A DNA stretch of 64,000 bases, from positions 1 through 64,000 of IMG/VR virus record IMGVR_UViG_3300031469_000005, one strand, 5' to 3'. The notes beneath the pieces are model-generated. The model had not been told where the DNA came from and searched no databases. It saw only the letters and a list, made by a program, of their open reading frames with translations. A program made the translations under genes and the position numbers. Below are positions 48,467-60,185 of the stretch, piece after piece. The first letter of the stretch is position 1. Every line of letters begins with the position of its first letter. Source of the stretch: a virus.

Positions 48467-50887
48467 TCATTTGTTCTTTCGTCTTGGAACGTGCATCCAG
48501 TACTTCACGCTGAAGTGCGTGAAGAAATTGTCTATGATTCCGTTCGTGCAAAGCAATGTTGTTAGGAACTTATCATGATCGATGAAAAGCACGATACAAG
48601 CCTTCATTGAACCTTGATCTTGAGACTTTGATACCACTAAGTCGCCAGGCATGATGCATTCAAAGTGATCACATTCCTGTATCGAACAACTTGGCGTGTT
48701 CTCGTCAATGAATATCATTTCTTACCATGTACGCAAGAAAGTTTTCGCAATCAAGGGCACTTTGGTTATTGGGTCTTTTGGTGACCCTGAAGTGCTCAAC
48801 CATCATTGCTGCGAATCGTGCATCCGACATCGTCTTTTGCTTTGATGTTTCCATGCGACCTCCTTGGTCAAAAATTATTCTTCGTTGCAGGCGAGCTTGT
48901 TAGCTCTGCGTGCTGCTTTACGAGATCGGCGGACGTATTCTTTTCGAACGCGTTCCACGCCGTTGTGCCCCGCCTTGACGGTCCCGAACGAGCAACACCC
49001 GTAGTAGCAGGACCGATTCTGGATTCGAGAATTTCCGTAGGCTTTCATGATCTAAACCTATCACTTTCGACAAGGAAGAACACTTATTCCGAGAAGTTTT
49101 TGCATCAAGCGCATCAACGAAACGCATGTCATGTTGATCGACCGTTTTGTCATTGGGATCGCGAGACGCGTTGTACGTTGCCCTTGCATCTTTGATGCTC
49201 ATGCCCGTGACATCGATACCGCAGTTCTTCCCGAGAGCAACAATGTTTGCGTTAACCTTCATGATCAGATCATATCATGTTCGGAAACGAAAACACTATG
49301 ATGTGTAGTAGATCTGCTCGGGATCGAATCCGGCTTTTCTGCATGCCGTTTCGGCTTCCGGGGCACTCGAGAAATATCCGTGCCATCCGTGCTTTAGGTT
49401 ACCATCTTTTCCGGCGGCACGGAACCATGTGAATCCTCCGGATCGGTCGTACACCAGCGTGGACTTAGCCTCCACCTGAGCGTCGGTTGCGACCGGTTTA
49501 TAAATCGCTTTATTCATAGAGAGAATCATATCATGTTCGGAGACGAAAAACACTATTTGTTTGGTTCAAATCGAACGGATTCTTCGTTGAAGTACAAGCA
49601 ACCGAGAGCATGACGATTCTTCCGTCGATCCTGTGTGTAAAGGATGACGGAACCACGATCAATCGCGACCTGATCAAGAACGCCGCGACCCGTTTGTGTC
49701 AAATTGATGCTTGAACACATGCTTCCAAGCTTTGTCAAGAATTCGCGATTCGGATCGATCGGAGAGATCTTTATCGTGATTCGATCCGCGGCGATCGTTA
49801 TCTTGCTGTGACTTCCTCCGTCACGAGTTGGAACGATCTCAATTTTTTTGCCTGACATTGTGTTCTCCTAAAGTTTGAACAGCGAATCATCGTTTCGTGA
49901 ATCGAGGATCGCATTCTCGATCTTGTACCGTCTCACGTTGAATTCGTGAATCCTAAGATCGTTGAGCAACGCTAACATTCTTGTCTTGAGATCATCGAAC
50001 GAATTCCCCCTACCCGTGCAAAACGCATCGTTGTTGCTGATCTCGAATTCCTTGCTTTTTCGTTTCTCCATGAGAAGCTTTGCAACGTGAAACGATCTTT
50101 CCTTGCAAAGTTGCTTGAAAAGATCGAGTCGTTCATCGAACACGGGATCGATGGTAACGTGAGATTCGTAGTAGAGGGAAAATGTATCGAGGTTCATTCG
50201 GTTCTTTTTGATCGCTGTAACTTCGCTTCGATGCATTCGAGCGCCGTCTGAAATTCTGCTCGATCGTCACGTTCCGCGGCATCGATCGCGTCCTCGAGAA
50301 GATCTGTGACGTCGTTCACCGCCGCGGCCTTATCGGCGTTCGATGAATTGTTGTCGTAGTTCGCCAGGAATTGTCGAGGAGTCACACCATTGATCGACAT
50401 CGAGTGGGAGAGAGTCCTGAGAACGTTCACGCTCGTCGATGCTTGTCCGAATTGATCAACGAACGGGGGCTTCTCGACCTCGGCTTTTCGCACGTACTTG
50501 ATCTTGAGCTTGCTGTTCGATTCGGGTTTTTGAGGCATATTTCATTGTATCATCGTTTCAAACAAATGACACGATCCAATCGGCTCGATGCAATTCTTGG
50601 TTGACGTGGTACGTGTGATGCCTCAATTTTTGATTTGAGTTGATCGTCGTGATCTGAACGAAGACGTCATCACTCGGCTTTACGCTGACTCCAACCGATT
50701 CAAGGATACCCGTACACGATACAACTGATATGACGAGCTCCACCGGATATCGAGCCCAAAAATTTGTCGTTCCCGCCGTTCTGGTGATGAACATTTTCTT
50801 GTTGAGAAGCATTGTTCCCGGCTTGATGTCGAGCCAGTGAATGCGTGTGTCAAGACTTTGCGACATGAGCTTCGTATGCACGGACAA
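48467..50887 (-). CDS. Run of small hypothetical ORFs (48467..48718, 48918..49262, 49296..49517, 49553..49858, 49868..50197, 50194..50538, 50558..50887)
   Basis: Contiguous - strand ORFs; leaderless promoters before 49262, 49517 and 50538. Confidence 0.5.
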
Positions 50888-52229
50888 CTTGCGGATCTAC
50901 ATCACATTCTTCCCGCCACCTTTTAAAAACGGGAAATCTTACTTTGAGATCGGGTGTCAAAAATTGACCCTTAATTTCCATGATCTTCCCATAATATGTC
51001 TCGGGGCCAACGAGCTGAAATTCAGCACGTTGAGCATCCTTCCAACCACCACCGCATCTCGTGGTCACACCGTCCTTCGAGAGGCCGATGAAGCCCCCGA
51101 ATTGACCTTCGCGCTTCGTGTTGGTATGTCCTTGGTACCAACCGACGACCACCAACTCGTGAGTGGTCACGGGCTTGAACTTTCGAATTGCCTTCGAACG
51201 TTCGAACACGTACGGAGAATAGAGATCCTTGAGCATGACACCCTCGAATCCCGCTTCGAGACTTTCGAAGAAGAACTCAAGCAGCTCGGGCTCGTTCGAG
51301 ATGATCTTACCTTCAACGGCCACGATGTTGGGGTGATTCAAGGCGGCGACGATTGTTTTCACGTTCGAGATGCGTTCACCGAACCACGTTCCACAGAGTT
51401 GACTCGACCATTCGGTGATCGTCATCGTGTCGAACACGTTGATCTTGATCTGGCTGTCATCCTTCAGATTCTTGCTCGAAAGCAGAACGCTTGCAGACAT
51501 CTCCCAGTTATCGCACATTGCTTCGCAATCGAGGACGAAGTTATCGAACTTCGACGCTTCAAGAACCTTCTTGATCGTGGGGAGGGTATCGAATTGCTTC
51601 CCGTTGCGGGAGAACATTTCAACGACACCATCTTTCTTGATGACGACGCACCGGAAGCCGTCGATCTTACGGTCAGCGTAGACGGGGTACGAGATTCGCT
51701 CGTTGATCTTCACATCGTAGCCGCGTGGGCTGTCGTGATTCTCCACGACCTTCGCCTCGAGAGGTTCCGCGAGAGATACCGCGAACTTCTTCACCAGACC
51801 CGGCCAGAACTTCTCGACAAGGTTGTCCGAAACGCCGCAGCGCATGTTCCTGAGCAGGATTCGGTGACACCATTTTTGTTCGAGTTCGAGCATTTCAGCG
51901 AAACTGTTCACGACTGCATCCTTCGCAGCATTCCCCGAAAGTTCTCGAACGTTGAGACGATCCAGCAAGTCAATGAACTTTGAAATTTCGCGATCCGATT
52001 CCTGCGAAAGATACGCATCGACATCATCAATACCGTCGCAGTAACGTGATGCAGAACCCGGAGCGGAGGGCATCTTGAACTTCACCACACCGAAGTTCGC
52101 AAACGGGTCGCCCACGATCTGGAAGATCCGCTTCAGAAGCTCGTTGTTCGCGTGTTGCTCGAGAATTGCTTCCTTCGCAAGACGCGAGTTGTCAGCTTCG
52201 AGGGCTTCGAGAATGTCTACTACGTTCAT
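50850..52229 (-). CDS. ATP-dependent DNA ligase
   Basis: RKIDGFRC, FSRNGK, LDCE, FEGVMLK, KFKP, VRFPVF. Confidence 0.95.
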   Translation of the reverse strand: MNVVDILEALEADNSRLAKEAILEQHANNELLKRIFQIVGDPFANFGVVKFKMPSAPGSASRYCDGIDDVDAYLSQESDREISKFIDLLDRLNVRELSGNAAKDAVVNSFAEMLELEQKWCHRILLRNMRCGVSDNLVEKFWPGLVKKFAVSLAEPLEAKVVENHDSPRGYDVKINERISYPVYADRKIDGFRCVVIKKDGVVEMFSRNGKQFDTLPTIKKVLEASKFDNFVLDCEAMCDNWEMSASVLLSSKNLKDDSQIKINVFDTMTITEWSSQLCGTWFGERISNVKTIVAALNHPNIVAVEGKIISNEPELLEFFFESLEAGFEGVMLKDLYSPYVFERSKAIRKFKPVTTHELVVVGWYQGHTNTKREGQFGGFIGLSKDGVTTRCGGGWKDAQRAEFQLVGPETYYGKIMEIKGQFLTPDLKVRFPVFKRWREECDVDPQVVRAYEAHVAKS

Positions 52230-52235
52230 GTGTTG

Positions 52236-52264
52236 ATCCTATCATCTTTCGTTGAAGAGAACAC
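52236..52264 (-). promoter_or_regulatory. Leaderless promoter of the DNA ligase
   Basis: GTGTTC-N17-TAGGAT with extended TG; ATG 6 nt later. Confidence 0.75.
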
Positions 52265-53102
52265 CTAAAATCTCAACGAGTTCGCACGTAATCGATCGCG
52301 TACCAGTCGATCGTCGATGATCGTGATCGCTGCGGGATTAAGAGTTTTAATGTGGTACATTGCGATCGGATTTTCTGAACCCCCACCCCAAAGAACGCAG
52401 ATCGTTTGACCGTCATTTGCAATGACGAGACCCGACACGACGTGTATGTTCTTCTTAGTTGGACCGTTGTAAGGTACAGATCGTGGACCGCGATTGTCGA
52501 ACAATAGCGAAGTTCCCCGGCAAAAGGTTCTTAGTGGTTAGTGGTTTGACGTTGTCAATCATCGTTCATTTTCGATTCTGAACATGCGATTTTAACGATC
52601 TGTTTTTCGTCAAGTTTCTTTTGGTTGATCACGAAGTCGCAATTGATGTGTCCGACGGCCATGAAAACGATGATCTCCCAATTCGCTGGAACCGTCTTAA
52701 CAACCCAAGATTCCAAAGCGAAATGAAAGGCACTTCTCGGGTGACCGATCGTTGACCAGGTCTTGCCTTTCTTTGACCACCTTGGTGAACCAATACCATC
52801 ATTCAGAAAAAGGCCCGTGGACCGATCTCGAACCTTGAACGAACACGCAAATTTAGGTGGTTGTTCTTGCCGTGACATTGAATTCATTACGATTCTTGTA
52901 AATTTGTTTCTCGATGAGACCGTTCGAGATCGTGGTAGCGAGAACTGCTTGTCGATTGGCTGAACACCTGACGATGCTAATGATCATTCTAATCTTTGGA
53001 ACCACGGTATCATCACCGTAATTGACGGGTGCACGATAGACATGATCTACGATCATATCACCCGGTCGAAGCTCATGAAATGATATCAGATTCATACATG
53101 AC

Positions 53103-53126
53103 TTCGGGGCGATTGCTCGCCCCGAA
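53103..53126 (-). terminator. 10-bp stem with GCAA tetraloop downstream of the AAA gene
   Basis: TTCGGGGCGA-GCAA-TCGCCCCGAA on the - strand. Confidence 0.65.
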
Positions 53127-53160
53127 CCACCAACCTAAACGACTCTCAACAACTTATGAA

Positions 53161-54336
53161 CTAAGATTGGTTAGTAAAAATACTCGGGATGTTCGGTACA
53201 ACCCCGATCCCAGCCTCCCCGGCGGGGACGCCGAAGACATCCAGGACCAATTCTGCGCACCACTTGTGGACCGCAACCGAAAGGGAGAGGTTATCGATTC
53301 CCTTCGCGGTCATCTCGGTCCAGAACTTGATCCGAAGCTCATGAGGAAGATCCTTCATGAACGCCTGGATGTTCTTTCCCTGCTTCTCGGTGAGATCGGT
53401 CATTCCCGTGGTGTTGCTGTGGGCAACAACCTTGTCGATGAGCTCGTTCCAGAGATCCTGGGTGGTACCGTTTCCCGTGTTGTTCAACTTCTTCTGAACC
53501 TTCTTCAAGGTATAGGAATTCAACACATCCTCGGCCGAGATCTGGCGGTCGATCGTCTTGACGTAGCTGCGGAACTTCAGCGCGGCCTCCATGCCGAGGT
53601 AACCGATGCAGGTGTTCAGGAATCTGCTATCATCGGGATCCTCGATCAGGCCGTTCTTCTTGAAGGCCAGGTCGACGAACTCCCAGGATCGACGTGAGGG
53701 TGCGACATCCGAGGGATTTGCCTTGTCCTTGGGGGTGTCGAGCCACACCTCATTCGTGCGGATGAAGTCCACGATGTTGGCGTGGATTCGTTGCTTCCCC
53801 GTCTTCTCGTCCGTTGCCTGTGCCCAATCCATCCAGTCGGAAACGGAGGGGGTCAGATCGACCACGAAGAAGCGATCCAGAAGGGCGGGATCCATTTCGT
53901 TCACCGTGTACTGCGCCGAGGTGTTCACCGCCGCGACCACCATCGTCTCGGGGTGCAACTTTCGACCGGCAAGTTCTCGATCCAGAACGATCTGGAAAGC
54001 AGCCTGCATGATCTCGGTGTTCGCCCGGTTCATCTCGTCGAGGAACAACAGGCAAGGGGATTCGCATGCCTTGTTGAACCATTCCATGGGATTCCACCGG
54101 GTGACGTTTCCGTCCGTCGAGGGAAGACCCAGCATGTCACCGTCGGTCATCTGCGATAGACGTTGATCGATTACTTCACGTTCGATACCATCGATCTTCT
54201 GACGAAGCTTTGCAAGCAATCGTACGACCTGGCTCTTTCCCATACCGTGGTCCGCCCGAAGCAACAGGCTGGTCTCCACTGGCAGCGAGGTCGCAACCTC
54301 GAGAAACGACTTGATGTTCATTGCTGCGTTAGACAT
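53161..54336 (-). CDS. MoxR-like AAA+ ATPase
   Basis: ADHGMGKS, LFLDEMNRA, VAAVN, DPALLDRF, SRRSW. Confidence 0.9.
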   Translation of the reverse strand: MSNAAMNIKSFLEVATSLPVETSLLLRADHGMGKSQVVRLLAKLRQKIDGIEREVIDQRLSQMTDGDMLGLPSTDGNVTRWNPMEWFNKACESPCLLFLDEMNRANTEIMQAAFQIVLDRELAGRKLHPETMVVAAVNTSAQYTVNEMDPALLDRFFVVDLTPSVSDWMDWAQATDEKTGKQRIHANIVDFIRTNEVWLDTPKDKANPSDVAPSRRSWEFVDLAFKKNGLIEDPDDSRFLNTCIGYLGMEAALKFRSYVKTIDRQISAEDVLNSYTLKKVQKKLNNTGNGTTQDLWNELIDKVVAHSNTTGMTDLTEKQGKNIQAFMKDLPHELRIKFWTEMTAKGIDNLSLSVAVHKWCAELVLDVFGVPAGEAGIGVVPNIPSIFTNQS

Positions 54337-54417
54337 TTACGATATTTTTCCTTTGTGAGAGTTGCAGATTTCTGCGGGTTGGTTTGTTAAGTTTATCATG
54401 TTCCTCGAAAAGGAACA

Positions 54418-55247
54418 CTAGATTTTTGGAGTTGGATCACCAAACGCTTCGAGAACGAATGGTGCAAGTGCGTCATGGATTCGTTTGATTCTTGTGAAGT
54501 CTGAACAATCACGAGTCACGAACGTCCAAACATCAAGTCGATCATCGTAGTTCAATGACGCAAATTTTTTGCGAATATTACTAAGATCCTCCGTCGAAAG
54601 TTCTTCGTTCAAAGCGCAATGAAAGAACTGAAACGTTTCATTGTTCGCGTATTTCGCAATATGTTCATCGTTCGTGAGCATGTTGTCATTGTGCTCACGA
54701 GTGAGCTTACAGTCAAGAGTCCCGCATGAATGAGCCATTTGTTTTATCATTTGTTTGATCCTATCATTTCATTGAAGAAAGAACACGATTGTTATCCACA
54801 ACAATCTTCGCAACGATATTCTTGCAATTTTGTTTTGCGTGTAACCGTACAATTGTTGTCATTATATTTGCAACCATGAGTTACACAACAATGTCGAGTG
54901 TGAACATCGCTTTTCAATTCAGAAAGAACTTCGATTTCATCATCATGGTGAACCATTTTACGTGCATTTTCATCACGCTCAGCGTAATTCTCGAAACGCC
55001 AATTCGTCATTCCGTCCTCGGATTCAAGTTCTGGACCGTTAACACAAATTGCCTTGATCTCGCCGAAATCAGCGAGATGGGATTCATCGAGCAACACAAT
55101 GTAACCGAACACGACGTGCACAAACGAAACACCGACGACGGTTCCGTAATGTCGTTTTCCGAGGTACGAGTCTGGAATCTTCACGCGAGTGTTCATTGGA
55201 ACAGGCTTGTGCATTGTGGGCGTGGGAGTTTTGTACGTAGTTGTCAT
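54418..55247 (-). CDS. Two hypothetical ORFs (54418..54750, 54792..55247), each with its own promoter
   Basis: GTGTTC-N17-TAG(G/A)AT at 54758-54786 and 55258-55286. Confidence 0.55.
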
Positions 55248-55576
55248 GATTTGTTTTATTCTATCACTTCAAAGAAGAAAGAACACGAAAATGTTCATCG
55301 GCTCGACTGATACCCATTCTGTACAATTTCATGTCGCTTAAAATGACTAGTTCGTAGTAAAAATTCAAACGAAAATCAGAATCCAGCGTCTTGCTTGAAA
55401 GCACAATGAAAGATTGAATTCTTCTTGAAGAACGTATCATCGCTACCCAAACGGCCAGGCCGTTTGTGATCTTTGTACTTTTGTCCCCAGTGGCCCATAC
55501 CGCCCACCAACACGATATCACCTATCGTGGGAAAACGAGGGCCATTCTCAGACGGTACGAGTTCCATCTTCGAATC

Positions 55577-56353
55577 TTATACGAATTGACCCTTTTTGAA
55601 GAGACCGGTTTCCTCGAGACCGAGGACGAACGTCTTACCGCTGCACCCGAACCGATTCTTCCTGTTCGAGAAGATCCTCTCACCCCAGGTCTCGGAACGC
55701 TTGTCGAGATCGATGTAGAGGTGAAGGTGCATGTCAAGCATGTGCTTCACAGAATTCTTCCCCGCGAACTCCCCGCCCTTAGTAACCTGACCGACGAACA
55801 AGGCAATGACGTTCGTACGTTGCTTCACGAACTCGGTGATCTGCTTCGCAACCCTGACGTGGGTGTTCCCATTCATTCCACCGTCAGCGTACTTCCCATC
55901 GTTCATGCATTGCAAGGAATCGATGAGCATGAACACCTTCTTGTTCGGATTCTTATCCGAAAGTGCCGCAGTGTACTCGATGAGCTTGGGTGTCAAGGGT
56001 TCCTGTCCCACCATGAAACCGCTCTTCAACTTGAGGCGTTCACGAGTTAAACCGACCTGGTACAGCGATTCCTCAACCGTGTTGAAGAGGGCAATGTGAC
56101 CCGTGCTAGTGATTGAATCAGCCAGTTGCAACATGAAGGTGGTTTTACCACCGCCCGGAGAACCCGTGATCATCCCGCAGGTGGTCGGAGTGAAACCAAA
56201 TCCGCCGACGCATTCATCGACCCACGGGATTCCGCACGACACCTTTTCCTTGATATGCGTAGGAACGTTGATGTCGAGAACGTTGGAACCTAGCTCGAAC
56301 TCCTGAATCGGCTCAAAATCGACGAAATTATCATTCTTGGATGACCTTGCCAT
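55577..56353 (-). CDS. RadA/Sms-like RecA-fold ATPase lacking the Zn finger and Lon domain
   Basis: GSPGGGKTT, IDSLQ, GQVTKGGEFAG..HMLD, KNRFG. Confidence 0.85.
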   Translation of the reverse strand: MARSSKNDNFVDFEPIQEFELGSNVLDINVPTHIKEKVSCGIPWVDECVGGFGFTPTTCGMITGSPGGGKTTFMLQLADSITSTGHIALFNTVEESLYQVGLTRERLKLKSGFMVGQEPLTPKLIEYTAALSDKNPNKKVFMLIDSLQCMNDGKYADGGMNGNTHVRVAKQITEFVKQRTNVIALFVGQVTKGGEFAGKNSVKHMLDMHLHLYIDLDKRSETWGERIFSNRKNRFGCSGKTFVLGLEETGLFKKGQFV

Positions 56354-56804
56354 TGAATTCCTCGGGTGAAAGAGAATCTTATCACAGTTTCCCAGAATGA
56401 ACAACAAAAAGGAAAATAGCAAAGGATTTCGTGGATGATGGTGTTTTGTTGTTCATTTGTGTTTCGTATGATATGATTGATCATGAATGACAAAACGTTG
56501 GTTGCAGCGCAAGAAATTGTGAACGTTCTGTACAGCGATTCCCGCATTATTCTCGACGTGAACGAGGTCGCTGAGATACTTCAGGGTGACGTCAACATTA
56601 ACGAGGTTGAACTCCCGACGAGCGATGAGATCAGCATATTGGTGTGCGGTGACGAAGATGGTGTCATTTCAGATGATCTGAAGATGCGGTACCCCGACAC
56701 CTACAATTTTCTTGCAGAACAATTTTGATTGTTTTCTGTTCGCTGTTTGTGATACGATGAATTCTCACTCAGCAATGCGATCACCGCATTGTGTTAGGAC
56801 GTAA

Positions 56805-58127
56805 ATGTTCACCTCAGTTCAATCGACATACAACATCCAAAAGCACACGATTCATCTCATGAGCGATGTTCCGTTCTATGCGGAAATCTCGAGGCACGTT
56901 GCAAAGATGCCGACCGATCAGATTCCGACGATGGCTGTCGCCTACGATCCTCGAACTGAGGATCTTTGCATGGGTTACAATCCCAAATTCTGTGAAAAGT
57001 TGACCGACTGGCAAGTGAGGAACGTGCTCATCCATGAGTTCCTCCATCTTATCTTCGGACATCTCTCCGCTCGTCGTAAGACTCCACCGAAGTTGTGGAA
57101 CGTTGCAACCGATTGCGCAATCAACTCGCTGATCATTGATGATGCTCAAAAGTTCAAGAGCGGTTACGCAAACGTTGATCGCAATCGCCCGCTTCCTCCG
57201 GGTTGTTTGATTCCCGGTGAGTGGCCCACGATGCCCGATGGTCGTGAATTGAACGAGGAAGAAAAGAAGGGTGCAACCCTGGGTCACATCCTTTCGAAGC
57301 TGCCTCCGATGAAATCGTCCGAGTTCTACTACTTCAAGATCCTCGAAGAGGCCGAGAAGATGGGCAAGGGGGCCGAGACGGGCGAGGGTGGTGAGGGATT
57401 CGACTTTGATTCCTTCGATGATCACGGTTTCTGGGATTCGGTACCCGATGACAAGAAAGATCTCGTTGAATCGAAGATCAAGGACATGCTGGGAAAGGCG
57501 GTCAAGAACGCCGATACTTCCGACGGTTGGGGAAACATCTCGGCCGAGCTTCGGGACGACATTCGTCGATCGGTCACCAGGATCGTTGACTGGAAAGCGG
57601 TCCTTCGGCAATTCACGGGTTCCTTGATTCGAGGCAAGAAGCGAACCTCCATCAAGAGGATCAACCGAAGGTTCCCGTACATTCATGCGGGTCAAACGAA
57701 GGGTTACACCGCACGGTTGTTGGTTTGCATTGATCAATCGGGATCGGTTGATGATGGGATGCTTCAGATGTTCTTCTCCGAACTGAGAAGCCTCAACAAG
57801 AATGTCGAGATCGATTACCTTCCCTTCGATTGCGAGGCTTACGACAAGGACATCGTCACCTGGAATCGAGGTCGGTGTCCCGATGCGAAAAGGACTCGGG
57901 CCGGTGGTACAGACTTTTCGGCTCCTACCAGAGTAGCAAATGATCCGAAGAATCGTGGACGTTGGGATGGGGTTCTGATCTTTACTGATGGTGAATGTTC
58001 GCAACCGATTCCAAGCCGACTGAAACGGGGATGGATTATTGGGCAGGGGCAAAAGTTGCTCTTCAACACAACGGAAACTGTAATCTCTCTCAACGATGGA
58101 AAAATCAATACCGGAGCTTGGCGCTGA
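56805..58127 (+). CDS. Metallopeptidase + vWA (DUF2201-like) partner of MoxR
   Basis: LIHEFLH, WNVATDCAIN, IDQSGS, GGTDF, FTDG. Confidence 0.9.
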   Translation: MFTSVQSTYNIQKHTIHLMSDVPFYAEISRHVAKMPTDQIPTMAVAYDPRTEDLCMGYNPKFCEKLTDWQVRNVLIHEFLHLIFGHLSARRKTPPKLWNVATDCAINSLIIDDAQKFKSGYANVDRNRPLPPGCLIPGEWPTMPDGRELNEEEKKGATLGHILSKLPPMKSSEFYYFKILEEAEKMGKGAETGEGGEGFDFDSFDDHGFWDSVPDDKKDLVESKIKDMLGKAVKNADTSDGWGNISAELRDDIRRSVTRIVDWKAVLRQFTGSLIRGKKRTSIKRINRRFPYIHAGQTKGYTARLLVCIDQSGSVDDGMLQMFFSELRSLNKNVEIDYLPFDCEAYDKDIVTWNRGRCPDAKRTRAGGTDFSAPTRVANDPKNRGRWDGVLIFTDGECSQPIPSRLKRGWIIGQGQKLLFNTTETVISLNDGKINTGAWR

Positions 58128-58231
58128 AGATTGCCTTCTAGGGGGAAATGCTAACTTATTGATCATTCGTGACGGCAAACAAATTTATCCCTAACGAGTG
58201 TTTCTTTTCTGAATTGGTGATATGATCAATC

Positions 58232-60185
58232 ATGCACAAGATTCACATGTTCCTGCAATACGTCTCGGCAACAACCGGTTACGCGGGAATCATCAAGTTC
58301 ATCTACCCGGGCAACGTCCGCGTCTGTGCAACGCTTTCTGCGAACATCAACGAATGCTTGATCGCAATTCCTCGTGATAACGGTCTCAACATGGTGGGGG
58401 ACAGCGTCATCGATCATCTCGATTCGCTCGATCGGGAAACGACGTTCAGCCTACCAGCGAGCATCATGAACGAAGCAAAGGTACGAGCATGTGTCTCGAT
58501 GAAATACCGTTGCGTCAACGTGGGATAATGACCAAGATCTTGGGAGAAGTTCCTCGGAAGAGTCTTGCTGGCTCAACGAGGTTCATTGAGAACTTCCAAC
58601 CGGGATTTCTTATTTCCGATAGAATGGACAAGAAGGTTCTGTTGGTCATCGCGGTCGATAACATGTGCAAGAAAACCTTTCACGTTGATGGGTACAGCAC
58701 GACGTTAACATTTCACGATTTGACTCAACTGGATTTTGCGAATGGTACGAGTGAATTTCACGCACAATTGTACGTTGTTGGCATCTTGTGAGTGTTCGTT
58801 AATGTTCAACGTGTTAGGATAGATCATGACTGATTCTCACGCTTCGATGGCTCAGGCCTGGCTCGATATTGAAGAAGAGGTTCTTCAAGGCGGGGTTCCC
58901 GAGCTCGAGAACGAGTACTTTCGAATGGTTCGTAACCAGCGTCTCATCAACAGCCAACAGGAACTTGACGAGATCAACGAGGACCCCGAAATCAACGCTC
59001 TTTACGAGCTCGATGCACTCGAGAGGAGCTCGTTTCGATGACAATCTTCGCTTACTTCGCTGCTCTCGCAATCATCATCTTCATTGATGATTCGTACCAC
59101 AACTGGGAAGCGAATCAATAAATCAACGACGCAAGATAGATCCGCGAACTGGCACCTCAGCAGGCGTTCTGGGGTTTCGTTGTATCAACCGCTATTAACA
59201 TTCATTAACACATCATGCCAGGGAAGATAATTTTTGGGACGTACTTTACGAAGGACATGATCGAATCGTCGGTCAACATCAGCCACATGCTTGGAAAGTA
59301 CCGTGCGTGGTTGTTCACCGAATTGATGTTCGTGAAATGTCCTTACTTGGATCTTGCCTACGTGGGTAAATGCGTGTGCAACATCGAAAGCGTTGACGAC
59401 ATCAGCAGCGCGTACTCTCAGGATCGATTATCGTTGGATGATCGCTTGAATTCGTTAGTGATGGTCAAGCGAATTCCCTGTGAGTTGCGAGAAGTCCTGC
59501 CACTTGCTGATCTCTACGTCGTCGGGTGTTCGCTGGTGTCGGATCGTCCTCGACCGAAGAATCTCGTTGAAAATGCGAATTATCGCAAAATTGGTTATTT
59601 ACACGACTCTGATGTCGTAGATGTGTACACAGACACATTAAAGTTGTAGGATCAAGTTCACATGGCATGGAATGTCGTGATCACGCAAGTTGATCCAAAT
59701 GGTGACGGTCACGGATTCGTTGCAACTGATTCAGCCTCTGGCGAGGTGATTCGCGGAACGGTCGGGAGGTATCCGCCTCACTTGAGGGTGATGCCGAAAG
59801 CATTCTTCAATGCTATCGCGATCGCTGTTTCAAACGTCAAACGTGATGAATCGTTCGACGATCAGACACAACCGATCGAGCCTTCTAGAATGATCGAAAT
59901 TGTTCAAGAATCTTCTCATCGTGCTGAAACGGTGATAAACGCCCCCTTAGCAAAATGGAACGGATGGAAAACCTTCCAGAAACCACGATACAAGTAATGT
60001 TTAAACGAATCAAGAATGGAATTGAAAAGGTTACGAACGTTGTCGATGCACGAGCAATCGTGAAATCAATGTCGTCGCCTAAGGTCGTCGCTGTTGCAAA
60101 GGTGTTCATCGCCACCGTCGCGCTTTTTCAGGCGCTGGACGCTTTGACTGATTCTAGCAGGAAGATTGGATTCAAGACGAAATGA
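58232..60185 (+). CDS. Run of small hypothetical ORFs (58232..58528, 58489..58791, 58826..59041, 59215..59649, 59662..59997, ~59997..60185)
   Basis: Leaderless promoters at 58198 and 58792; tight packing. Confidence 0.5.

Noticed and set aside
50841-58178. Long antisense ORFs (50841..51983, 53029..53697, 55466..56050, 56814..58178)
   Set aside because: They are shadows of well-supported opposite-strand genes with biased codons
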